Source of the DNA: Takakia lepidozioides
Taxonomy: Eukaryota > Plantae > Bryophyta
Direction: 5' to 3'
DNA: 64,000 nt
Assembly: GCA_030704615.1 (NCBI GenBank)
Contig: CM060732.1
Location: 75,764,001 to 75,828,000 of the forward strand
The notes beneath the pieces were generated by a model, which worked only from the letters and a program-made list of their open reading frames with translations, did not search any database and had not been told where the DNA came from. How positions within the stretch are numbered: the first letter of the stretch is position 1; the number at the start of each line of letters is the position of its first letter. A program made the translations under genes and the position numbers. This document shows, in pieces, positions 43,186-56,000 of this stretch.

Positions 43186-45789
43186 ATCAGCATCTTTCTG
43201 ATATATCCAATGAACGCTCTTGACGGGAAAGATGACAATAGAAACTTGCACCTTCGGGAGACTAGTCTTTGTGAGTAAGTTTTAGCAATCAAATGAGTTT
43301 ATTCCTTGCTCAAGTTGGTTTATTCGTTTGATTATGGTTTTGCCGGGAGATTCATGCTCAGTGAGTTTTGTTCGCAGGTTGGGACCGCTTTCCGGAGAGC
43401 TTAGCCTCGACATTTTGTGGTTGGAATCTAATAGATTTGTACGGAATTACCATGCCATGCCTTAGTTGTCTTTTTAGAGGCTATCGGAAATTATCTCCAT
43501 AATAAACACAGCTATGGTGAGAGTGACAGTGGGAGTGATGGTCTGTTTGCGATTAACCCTCCCCAAAAACTTTCAATATCCATTATTCACAGACACAATA
43601 GGTTAAGGTAGACGTACATGAAATGGAGAGTGACCTTAAAGGGACACCTATGTTTTTGCATGTCTTGACCTTAAAGTGACACTTTTACCTTAAAGTGATA
43701 TTAAGCAAGTGAGGCCACATTGAGCGGAATATGTAACAGATTTCGGTTCAAAGAGGGTTACAAATATGTCAATCATTGGGATTTATGGGACAGCGGGCCA
43801 GGAGTTTCGCTCAAGACGACATGTGGTTAATACGATATCAAGTACCATTTTTATTTATTAAACATATTTATTACGGTGATTGGTCAATTGATGGTCTTCA
43901 GCCTAGGCCTTATGCGACGTTTGCTGGATTATTTTGGAAAAACGCTCCCTCATGCGAGGCCGCCAAGGTCAGAGTAGCAGTGCCTGACTTATAACTCTGC
44001 TAGGCCATCTTGGCCATTCTTTGATGTCCATTTAAGGTCTAACAATATTTCATAGAAGACTATGTTCCTTGTGTCACAAATAGGTGTCTACAAGTCCCAG
44101 ACTTTAAAAAATCACATCAATTTCATATTATCACTATAATTCAACGGGAAACTTGGGTCATACTTCTTTTCGATTTGCTAATCCATGAAAATTGTTTCTA
44201 TGTTGTGCTGCTCATTCTATCCATGCAAAGTAGGTAAAACTGTCCATTTTAGGTTTGTCTACCTTATCATGAATGTAGTCATATAGAGTTGCAGTACTAT
44301 ACTGGTCTTATGAAATGCACGTTTCTTATGAAATGCAGACAACTAATTGTAAGTTCAGTTATTTGCAACCAATCTCATCATAGATAAGTGAACTTAGTTC
44401 ATAATCAATGTTAAATTATATTTTTTTATTGGGATTAGGCGAAGTCAAGATATGTGTATTGCATTTTTTAATGTGATTAGTATGAGGCAACAAGTGTGTA
44501 TTATAGATAAGCGAAGATTTCACATAGAAAGACGTTGTAGACAATATTTACAAAAACATAATTTGAACTATCAACTCCCCTGTTACATACGCTAAGGCTT
44601 TGCAGCCTTATCTGTTTGTGATTGTACTCATGTGAGTACATTTTTATACAATTTGATATTAGTATTCTTATTTTTGTCGCGTGAATACAGTCTCCTAATT
44701 AGCTATGTGATTTTCTCTAGGCATCTCAAGAACATTCTTCATATTTTTTCACGTGCGTGAGCATCCTGACTGCACGTTGCCCAACCTCTCTTCAGGGATA
44801 AGAGTTTCACACTGCAAATGTATCTCTCAATATGTAATTATAGTTGTTAGGGGCCAGAGTTTCGCTCTGTGAAAATGTACATGCATGAGTGATTCATCCT
44901 TTCAATTGCAGTGTGATTTCTTCTCAGGTTGGTTAGTAGAGAGTTTCGCCGTGCGAAATTATCCATGGGCGAGGACCTTAAATTTGAGGTGCATCATCAT
45001 CCACTCTTGTGCCTATTATGGCAAAAGGCTGGTATCGTGTGAGCACAACGTGAGAAAAGCCATGCCTATAGGGTAACATGTTCATCAGGTGTAGGGGCTA
45101 CTTATTTTTTATGTGTTAGTTTCGCAGATTTTCTAGTTTCGCCAATTTCATTTCATTGTGAAATATTCTATGGGTATCTAGGAAATTCAAAGAATATGCC
45201 ATTGTGCTCATGTGAGCATGCTCACGCGCTACCCAACCTCAGTTTTTAGGGTCTTTGCTTGAACTCCAAGTTGAAGCCACACAATGAACTTCAGTAAGCG
45301 GGTGAATGGTCCAATTTTTTCATGTTCGGACATAGGAATGTAATCAAATCTACATGTTGAAGGAATTAATAGGTTCGGCACCAATAAGGTGGCTTCAGAT
45401 GAAGATTTGGTTAGGTCCTGAAATACGATCGGGCGTGGTTCTCGGTGAACCACATATACCCACCAAACATATACGTGTAGAATTACATGATGCCGAACAT
45501 AATTCCGATCCAATCTCCAACCCAAAATAAACCCAAAGATAAATAAATAAACAAATGCATGGAATGTGACATGAGAAGCTGTGAATGGGGTGATTCCTCG
45601 CATTGCTCTATTCCTCATGAATGGATGACAATGTTATTGTTGGGTCGGATGAAGACAACTGTTACATACCTATAATTAGCTTGTAACTTGTCTTATGTTA
45701 ACAGCTAGTTATTAAGTAATGATCTGTCGGCAGCCTATCTGCTATGGCACTTGACTGGAAATATGTGGGAATGTATGTACTATGAACAC

Positions 45790-46405
45790 TTGTCATCTCA
45801 GGCATACGACATCAGTCATGTGATTGGAAATGACGGCCTCAATATTGTTTACAAAGCGCACTTCCCAACGGAAAAATAGTTGTGAATTTTCTTGACTTGG
45901 AACATTTCGCTAAGCAAAGCTTTATTGATGTTGAGGCATAGACACTTTGCTAAAGTGCAATATCAAAATTTTGTGAAGATATTGGGCGGCTACTCAGAAA
46001 TGGATGTGAAGGTATTGATTCTCGAATTTAAGCCAAATGATAGCCTTGAAAATCAATTGGATTTAGATCCTAAGATACCATGCGAACAATGCTTCAATGT
46101 TTTACATGATGTTGCAAAAGGATTATTTACACCACAATTATAGTGCAGAGAAAAAAAATATATTGTGGCGTGAAGCCCAACAACATTATGCTTGATTCCA
46201 ACATGGTAGCACACATTTTCGGGTTTTGGAATTGCGAAAACTAAAAACTATCGATACTGACCTGATACTGAACTGAGTGTGCAAACATTGACATCTAGGT
46301 AAGATATCAAGTTGAATCCAATCTGAAATTCTGCACAAAATCTGTCATGCAATATGCCTATGGGGATTTCTCTGCTCTTGTTTTGAGTAATTACAACTTG
46401 GAGGA
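45790..46405 (+). pseudogene. Receptor-like kinase (LRR-RLK type) kinase-domain pseudogene; possible LRR relic at ~43375-43455
   Basis: Frameshifted pieces YDISHVIGNDGLNIVYKA / AKVQYQNFVKILG...LILEFKPNDSLENQL / HDVAKGL / CGVKPNNIMLDSNMVAHI / GFGIAK; the catalytic HxD and DFG aspartates are lost. Confidence 0.75.
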
Positions 46406-46835
46406 TGCTTTTGACATGTTTGTTCATAAAAGCATATCCAAAATTATGGGTCGAGACACATAGGTTATGTGTTTGCTACCAAGAGAGCGGAGTGAGTACC
46501 GTATGCATTGGTAGAATATGTTTGCTTGCGATACACAACGTTGCTGGGCATGTGGTTCACCAAAACAGATATACGGGACCATGTGAATAACAAGTGTAGA
46601 TATACCCATCAGTGGAACAGCTTGCAAGCAGTCCAAACTCCTCAACTCCTCATTTGTAAGACACAAGTCTGTATGTTGGTGGATATCAGGCCCTACCATA
46701 TTAGAGATAGACGTTTACTCAACATATAAAAGGAATCCAAAATTTGAGCAATGGAAATATTTGATGTAGGACCATCCTATGTCATGCACATATTTTTCTT
46801 GAAAAGGAATCCAAATGAGAACCTTCATTCCTGTG

Positions 46836-47310
46836 CACTGTTGGACTGGTATCAAGTTTTTTAAATACCAGACTGGTCCTGGTTCCAGGCTTATCACAAA
46901 ACTTTCATACCAGTCTGGTCTATATAGTGGTGGATGTATTTTTTTCCAGATACTGGTATGAATATGAGTATCATGACCACAATACCAGCTGGTATGAGAT
47001 GTCAACTCTGGTATCATTCCAAAGCCATCTTGAGTTACAAATTTATCAAATGGCAAGTATCAAATGAAAACAAATAAAATATACATAAAGAAGTAAATAT
47101 ACGTAAGTACACATATATAGGCATATGTACACATAAATTAATTCAGTATACATACCAGAGTAAATGAGGAAGACGGTGGGGGAGTACTGGTATTGTGGCT
47201 GGTATATACCCAAGTATTCTCCCAAATGATACCAGACTGGTTTGGTATCTAATACCAGTGCATATACCAGTATTATACCAATCCTTCACCTATATACCAG
47301 TCCAACACTG
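46836..47310. mobile_element. 475-bp hAT-type MITE
   Basis: TIRs cactgttggactggtat / ataccagtccaacactg; 8-bp TSD ttcctgtg / gtcctgtg (1 mismatch); more than 10 subterminal ataccag/ctggtat motifs. Confidence 0.8.
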
Positions 47311-50076
47311 GTCCTGTGGTGGAGTACCCTTTGTCCCGGAATATTCAACATAACCTTTGTCCCGGAAAATAGCAGCTAAATTCTACTGAACTGAATTCCG
47401 CAGACCTAGGTAGGATCTCAAGAGTTCAAACATGAGACAAATGCTTTGCCATCCTCAACCATGAACAACTGAAGTTTAAGAGAATTAAGGTGCTCATTAG
47501 TTTTTGTTTTTGTCTATATTGTTGATCAACATTTTAATGTTATGTTTGTATAGATTTCTGATTCTAGTTTGGAAGGTGTCATCCTATCTATCACTAATAT
47601 AGATTCACTGGTTACAAAGTCTGCACTTGGAATTCATCGATGATATAAGTTGGTCTTCAACCAAATTTAGCAAGTCATCAAATGACTACAATGTCCACAA
47701 TGGGCATGGCCCACGTCGCTCCATCTGGTTGGATCCTTTGACCGAATGAAAGCTATGAATAATGATGAGTGTGTAGACAACAAATGCAGAGAAGAAAGTG
47801 GGAAAATGCTTGAAAAGGAAATTTATCACTAGCATGTACACCATTTGACTGCCAATTCTAAAAGGAAGTAACTACTTTGATAAATGTCAATGTGAACTCA
47901 ATAATTTGCACTAGTAGGAATGGTACTGAGCTTATGTCACAATCAAGCCATTCGTATGACAGCTAGTTGATGGAAGGAAATATCCACATCTTCAGTATGT
48001 AGATCTTCTTATTTAGGGTTGCTTCACACATTTTGATAATTGAGATCACACCCTCGTCCCTTCAGAAGACATTCTTGGGGATTCTTAATATGTATACAAA
48101 GTGTGTATCTACATTTCTATTCGGAGCAAGATAATCTTTGCACATTAGAGCCTACAGAAGTATTGAAAAAACTTACATCGTCATGTTGATTTTGCAAAAT
48201 CAAACTTCGAATGATACCTCCAACATTCAGAAACCTCAGGTGTGTGCATAATAAAAATTTCAATCTCTCAACAATGGCCTGCCTTATAGTATTAATCTTG
48301 GTGCCAGCTTCCTACATGAGTAACGACAAAAGGAATATATATTCAAGCACGGGTCAAACCTCCCCCTCCCCCTCGACAATAACTCCCCCTCTTCCAGTTT
48401 ACCGTTCTCGATCGATCCTGATCTTTTCCGATTGGGCCCCATCACCAGGCTCCTAGTCCTAACTGCTGGGTCTCTATGTCCATCTTGCTAGAAGCCCACA
48501 GGACTAGGGTACTCGCGAGTGGAAAAACGATACGTCAATGGTCAAAATCTTCCTTGGAGATTTTGTGTGATTGAAGTTCTGGGGAAAGGCCTGCACAACT
48601 TATGTTTCTATCGCCCGTGCACATGTATCGAGGAAAAGGATCTAGTACATAGATCAGATAGTATGGAGGAAGTATATATTACAACGTTCGGTAGCCACAT
48701 CTTTGCGTGGAGACTGTTTTGAATGCCTACCATTACTTGAAGAGACTAAATCGTGGAGCTGCGAAATCTCTCCTACGTCCCCACGCTGTGCGCTGCCACA
48801 GATACTATTCATTTCTTTCATGTCTATCAATTGTTACGGGAGAGAACTGAGCTCGGGACAGTGATTCATTCTGTCAAGAATTTCAATTAAATTCTATAAA
48901 CTTTCATAACTTAGATATTCTCTAGATCTATATTAAACTGCCATGATGTCGAAATTTCAAGAATTGTAAATGATTGATGAGTTATCCTGATGTTCAGATT
49001 TACCATAATCCCCGTCCAAATGGGCATTAAGTCAAGTCGGGATTGATGAACTTGTAATCGATCAGTAGGACCAGCCTGTCATAAGTTTCAACGAAACAAG
49101 AGCAACTACCTCTCCCACCTTAGAGATGAAGGCTCGGTACCTAATCTGAATCCGGTGGATCAATAGCAACGGCGGCCACTGCCTTGTGGGGGTCGCTGTT
49201 TCTGATAATAACTTGATAATAGCTGTTCATTCTGATTGAACCAATAACCTATCCTAAAAGACAAAAGGTATAGGTAATAAAGCCAATGAAAGATGAAGAC
49301 TGTCGATCTGCAGCAGTCTCCAGTTCATGGACCCCACCCTGTCACCGCTCCTCCAATTGCTCTTTTGACAGCAACCTGTTTCCTACACAAATAGAGATAT
49401 TAATGGGCTGGCCAGCAGTTGGATGTATTGAGCATTTGGCAGATAAGTTAAGCTTCAACACTCCAGCTATGAAACCAGGGCTTTGTTTCATGTGATACAA
49501 GTTTAACTTTCAACAAGACAATAACTTTTAATAGTGTTAGACACTGACTCAGCAGTCAAAGCCACACATCCTACACATCAACGAAACCATACCATCAGGA
49601 TGGACGGCATAGAAAGTTTCCTGTGTCCTGATCTTCAGAAGATCTGCATGTCGTTTGCCACCCCCACAGCGAGCTTGACCTGTCTGTGAGGATTTAGTTA
49701 GTACATTCAATCGCTTTCCACAATTGTCTAATGGATTATTGCTGGTGTCATTCTAGCCTTGTCTATCCTGCACACATGGAAATGTAATGGTTGCTTTGGA
49801 AGCCATACCTCAACATAGAAATGCACAGTGGTAGGCGCTTCAGTAAACAGTGATGGTCAACTGGTACATCAATAAAGGAAACACATTAGTATCTGTGGAC
49901 CAAGAGAGCACGGAGAACCATCCAAGGAAAAAACTGCAGCCATGCCATCCTCCTCTGCCTACAATGATGCACAAATTTCATGGTGAGGGAAAAATAGTCT
50001 TTGTGAGTGGCTTTGTTACACAGTATCATAGCCTTACTGCCACTGACCCATGCACTGTCCTCTTGGGCCAATGGCA

Positions 50077-53000
50077 CTAAATGCAATGTGAAAGGAGGTT
50101 ACTTAACTGTGGTGTGGGGGTGCTTCGGAGGACATCAGCCAGTGAAGAGAATCCAGAGTGCTTGCCATGTGAAGACCCCCGTTCCATGGAAGGGACACGA
50201 GGAGCTTCTGCAATGCACTTGGGCGGATAAAGTGCCCACTGCATTGCCCAAATGGCTAGTGGCCGCATGTATGCCAGTGACCTGAAGTGCCCATCTGTAG
50301 ACCATGCTTCAGGCGTCTGAAACCAGTACCTGTGACATATCCAAAAAATCTTAATCCCACAAGAAGACAAGCAAATTATCAAACTGAAAGATTGTTATTT
50401 TAATTTTACTCATGATGCCGTTTATCAAATCATTTCCAAGCCTTGGTTCACAAAGAATATGGGATGTTATCTGTAAGGACTCCTTATGGGGACTATCCTA
50501 CCACACAGGGTTTTACATATTTTAAGTCAGGGAAGAGGTAGATTTGCATGCCAAACATGTTTGACACACATTTGAAGCATATATAACGTGATAGAATAAG
50601 AGTAAAACTGACATTGAGCTTATGTCCTACCAGTCATAAACTACCACGTACCAAACACACAAGAATTATCATAACAAAAACAAATGTCTTGATGTGAAGA
50701 AAACCCTGAACAATCCCTGCTTCTAAACAGCAGGAGAAAGGGGGCAAATGTCCTATACCCAAGCTCAGACCAGCTAGCTTGAAACACGCCCTCAGCAGCA
50801 GTGAATGCCTGGTCATTCATGCCCTCATGGATCATGGCTGCTGCCAGAGCATATGTCACACCAGTCCAAATCTCACGAGACTGCATTGATGTCTCATCCA
50901 CCCTTCCACTGGGGTGCATCCCATTAACAGCGCCCCATTTTCCACCTTTCACCTTCATCACATTGAAGTCATAGATTTTCTGGAGTGCACTCCGTGCTTT
51001 GTAGTCATCAAAGAGCGGGGGCAGACCTGATGCCCACGCGTACCACTGCCCTGCCATCTGGTCTGCCTGCACACATGACATGCTTTCCATCATCCACATA
51101 AATGTGACTAATGTAGTTGATACTGAGAGTGTGTATTAAGATTTCCAAGTGTTAATTCAGTGCACCAAGGAGATTCTCATCAAGGGCATCAAACTTGGAC
51201 AACTGCATTGAAACTGAGTGCAAGCTCAATCTCCATAGTAGGCCAGGAAGGACCATGTTGCCTAAAGAAGGCCCTACATCTGAACAGATGTTAGACAGTA
51301 CAACTCACCTGAATCGAATTGCTGTTGCTACTAGTACCACTGTCGTAGTTAAAATAGGATCCATTCCACAGCTTCTGTTCATACACTTCCCTAGCTTGGC
51401 TGAATTTTGATCGAAAGTACTGTGCGGCATCTGTCTCTTCCAACAAGTCTGCCATAGCTGCTGCTGCTTGTAGGGCAGCCAGCCATAAACCCCCACAGTA
51501 AGCACTAACTCCATGCACAGGCCAGGTGTCATATGTCTGGTCAGGAAAGCCATCGTTTTCAATCAGGCCATCCCTGTCTCTGTCAAATTGGTCCATGTAT
51601 GCCATGGCTGCATACACAGCAGGCCAAACAGCCCGTGCAAACACTTTGTCCCCAGTTGCAACAACATCTCTATAAACCTGGTAGAAACATGCCAAGATAA
51701 TGTCAAGAGATTTTATATACCACCTCAAGGTTGAATAGGGTGTGATGGAGACACCTGCAAAAGGGTAAACATTACAGAATGGACATCTTGAATAAGAGCA
51801 AAAGGGATGATGTCCTTCAAAGCAATTGGACCGAATGACTAAGAGTGTCTTAAGTTCTGTGCAGTTGCTACGACTACCTTAAAAGAATGGGAATCCATAC
51901 AAATTATAGATTACAAAAAACCGTAGTGCCATGCTGTGGAAGACTGCAGAAATTTTCTTGCTGTGAATACTGACAAATAGCCTACCTGTAGCACAAATTT
52001 GGTGTTAAGATCCTTCCATTGGCTTGTATCGTGAATATTGTATGCATTGACTTCTGCCCATGGATCATGTTGACCCAGGTCATGTGGCACTGACCCAAAC
52101 ACTTTTTTAACACCTGAGTGTCCATCAGCCAGGTACTTGACTTTCTCAGGATGGTGGGAAAGAGTGGCTGCCGCGAAGTCCCTTTGTATGCTGAGCTCAA
52201 GCTTGGGAAAGAGGGAAAGAAGTGCAAAGGATGCATAAAAGTGGACGTCATACGTACACCACATGATGTACTCTATGCCTTCCAAATAGAGAAACTGACC
52301 TACATTCTCCTCGCCTTTCTGGAGCAAGGCTAAGCCGGAAGGAAGCCCGGTACTTCTGTGCTGGGCATCATGGGGCATTGATGCCTGCATAGCCCTCAAT
52401 ATCAAATTCTCTGTTGTATCTGCTGTCTCTGGTTTCTCTGTTGGGCCATTGGGTACTTCATCATCAACCTTCTCTTCTAAGGAAATGGTGGCCTCAAAGG
52501 GAAACCCCGCCACATGCTCTAATTCAGAGATCAATTTCCTCTGATTGTCTTCCAATCCACTGAGGAAGGGGTTTTGGGCACCTTCCAGATCATTGCCATT
52601 CTGCGCGGGGCTGTCAAACAGCACAGGCTGCCTCTCATAGACTGTAGGGAGAGCTGAATTCTTGCCATCGTTTGTAATCCCAAATTGACTCAGGTCCAGG
52701 TTGGCACCATCGGTTGTCAAAGAAGGCAACCCATCTGTGACAATCACTTCGCGGAAAGGGGAGCCAGGAGCTGAGTTGTGTGCAGAGCTTGAGGCGGAGA
52801 GTTCTGACCTGCCTTGCAAGGCAGGTCCACCATCTGAGAAAAAGAACAATACAATCAGTATATGCAAGTACTGAATGAGACTAGAAATGTTTCCAAGAAG
52901 TCTAAAGGACTAGAAGTTACCACATGCTTAGGGAGGAAAAAAAAAAAAACTGCCTATAATTGCTTATACCATTGTTTTCTTTCAAATATTTATCGCCCTT

Positions 53001-56000
53001 GGTCAAGCATCCCTCCAGGAACAATTGGATCAAGCACAAACTCTTTTAAGACAAGTCACAATGGGTACAAGCGTGAGCTCCTGGATTACAGCTGACAAGA
53101 CTTGATAAGACCACCAAAAGAAGAACGTCCTTTGTAAGTTGCCTCTATTACTTCCAGCTGAATTCCAGGTGGACTAGGATGGGCGTGGAGCACCAAACAA
53201 AGCCACATGCACACTTGTAAATTGCTGGACGTAGTTGCCACTAAAGGAGTAGCCAGCTTACCTGTCCAGATAGTGCCACCCGCAACCAGATAGTACAACT
53301 CATTGAACAGTGTGACACGGTACCTGGAGATCAATACACACATGCAAAGTGACCTTACTTCGTAGAAAGAGTTGCAGTCGGATGAATGCCAGCCAGGTAC
53401 ATTGTGTTCTTTGGTAGACTCACTGCTCCCTCAAACAACTACAAAGAAGATGAGTGTTGGCTTCATTGGACTGAGGGACGACTGTAATAAAACATGTTTT
53501 TGTGTCTTGAAAGTAAGACTTTAGTTTAGTTTTCTGAAAAGAAACCCCCATCTTAAGGTCAACTTTTCGATAACAAGACCAGCTCTTCTGCCCAACTATA
53601 AATCAACGTGGGAAAGAGAAACCAAGGAACGAGTTCCAATTTGAAAAACTAACTTGCATAAGAAGAGATGCCTGAATGGTAAAACCAGTGGGCAGTAAAG
53701 CTTACCATTCAGGGAGACTTTCATCCCTCAGGATTGGGTGTTGCCAATCTTCAATTGCGACCTCCCACTTCCGATAATCTGAATAGCATCCACTGTAGGT
53801 TCAAAACTTGCACACTTGTAATACACATGCCGCAGAAATTACAGTATGTCTTGTTGTAGTTCTGGAGAAACTTGGGTGTAACTCCAGGATAAGGGTCCAG
53901 TGTCAATCATCCAATTGACACTATGTTACTTCATAATCAGAATGCAATACCATACCAACTCCTCTCCCAGCTATCGAGCCTTGGCATCCTGAAGCATCAG
54001 TGGATCAGTTTTGTCCCCTATACCATTCCCATCTTCCACAAGCCCCCATGCCTATCTTTGCTGCGGGCGCAACAATCCTGTTCACAGACCTCAATACTCA
54101 TTACCATGGTGACCAGTGGACATAAGCACCCGAGTCCCACAGTTCATCAAGAACATAGTGAGTGAAATCAGAATACCACAAGCATATCCCAACAGTGATC
54201 TTTACTTTAAAATGGTCATAAACAGGAATAGAAACAGCCAACCATGCGAACATGCATGAGAAAGTCTTTTGACAGATCCAACAAATCAAAATTGCAGGTG
54301 ACAGAAGCTGTATATAAACTTACCACGAAGAGCATCGTGCGCAAGTTTGGAGGCGGCATCACCAGCACTGCCATAGAATTGTGTATAACGCCTGCATCAG
54401 TGTTGTCAACGTAAGCCCGCGTTACCAGATCACATGCTACTATCCTCAGCAAGCTTCAAAGCTCAAACCCCCTGTTTCTTTTCTCTTATCTTTAGGAAGA
54501 GGGGAACAAATGGCCAAATACAAAGTGCAAAATAATAAGCAAGAGAAAAAAAAAGCTGGTGCCTATGCTAGGGAGCCCTTCGAAAGCTGAAAGATTTTTC
54601 CAAAGAGATGGTCCACGAACCCTTAAAAGTAGGTGGCCATCCTTGAATGACTTTGTCCAGGAAGTTAAAAAGTGTAATGGAGAGTCTGAGAGAACGCAGA
54701 TAACTCTATAGGAATGGACCAGGCATACCAAGACCAGAAAGCCTGAGGCCAGAACAATCCATTCACAATTGTCCCGGAAGGACTGTAGATCTTACAAGCG
54801 TAGCTGGCAGAAACCCTATAAAAAGGGTCAGAACTAGGAACACACCAGAACTATTCGTACAGTTGGAATTTCCTTAACCGCACCTGTGATATGATTTTCC
54901 TTTCAAGAATTTGACTTCAGGGGAATCCCATGCCAATGCAAACACCACCTCTTTCTTTTCATGGGGGGCCATCACTACATGAGCTGTGACTGCTGCGCCA
55001 ATTGCAGCCCCTTGCTGTGAAGGAATGGAAGCTTTTTCATCCCAATTTCCGTCCTTGAAGCACCCATTCTGCCAAGCACACAGCAAGTACAAATGCATGC
55101 TTGTAAATTGACACATCCCCAGCAAAATACACTTCCTATGCAGTTGCAACCAGGGTAACAACTTGGGCTTTTAACTTGCTGCAGATACAGACAGACTCCT
55201 CCGCCATTCGTCAGAGAGACTCCTAAATAGGATTGTCTGAGGAGGGCATAAGAACAGGAAAGGCAGAGATCTCATAAGACTTTGTTTGCCATAGCCTTGT
55301 GGCCATAGACCCTGCACCCAGTTTCGACGGAAACATAGGGACTAGACACTACCTTTGTGAGGCGCTCACTCCATTACCTTGATATAAACAATCAGTTTGG
55401 CTGTCCAGATAGACACAAAGACAGAGAGGGAGCGGGAGAGAGAGAATGTACTCATGAGACGTTGTTTGCCGTAGCCTTGTGGCCATTGACCCCGCGCCCA
55501 GTTTGAGCGGAACTCTAACGGACAGAAGCTACCTTTGTCAGGACTGACGCCGGTAGTATGACTTACCTTGAAACATACAATTGATCCGAGTTTTCCAGAC
55601 ATCCTCTAGAAATCCCTTCACACAAACATCAATCTGCTTTGCCCAATAACTAGACCCCAAAAGGGCCTGGGCTTTTGGCTCAGCCACGAGATTTTCGAAG
55701 TTGGCAAACAGAGGTACAGGAACAATTCCCTTGATGGAATTGAAGAGGGTGTCTCTCTGGTGAGAGTACCCAGGACAATAGAGAATGTACTCATAAGACG
55801 TTGTTTGCCATAGCCTTGTGGCCATTCACCCCGCGCCCAGTTTGAGCGTAACACAAAGGGACAGAACATACCTTTGTCAGGGGCTGACGCCGGTAGTAAG
55901 ACTCACCTTGGAATAAACAATTGATCCGGGTTTTCCAGATGTCCTCTAGAAATCCCTCTACACAACCATCACCCTGCTGTGTGTGGTTTGCCCACTAACT

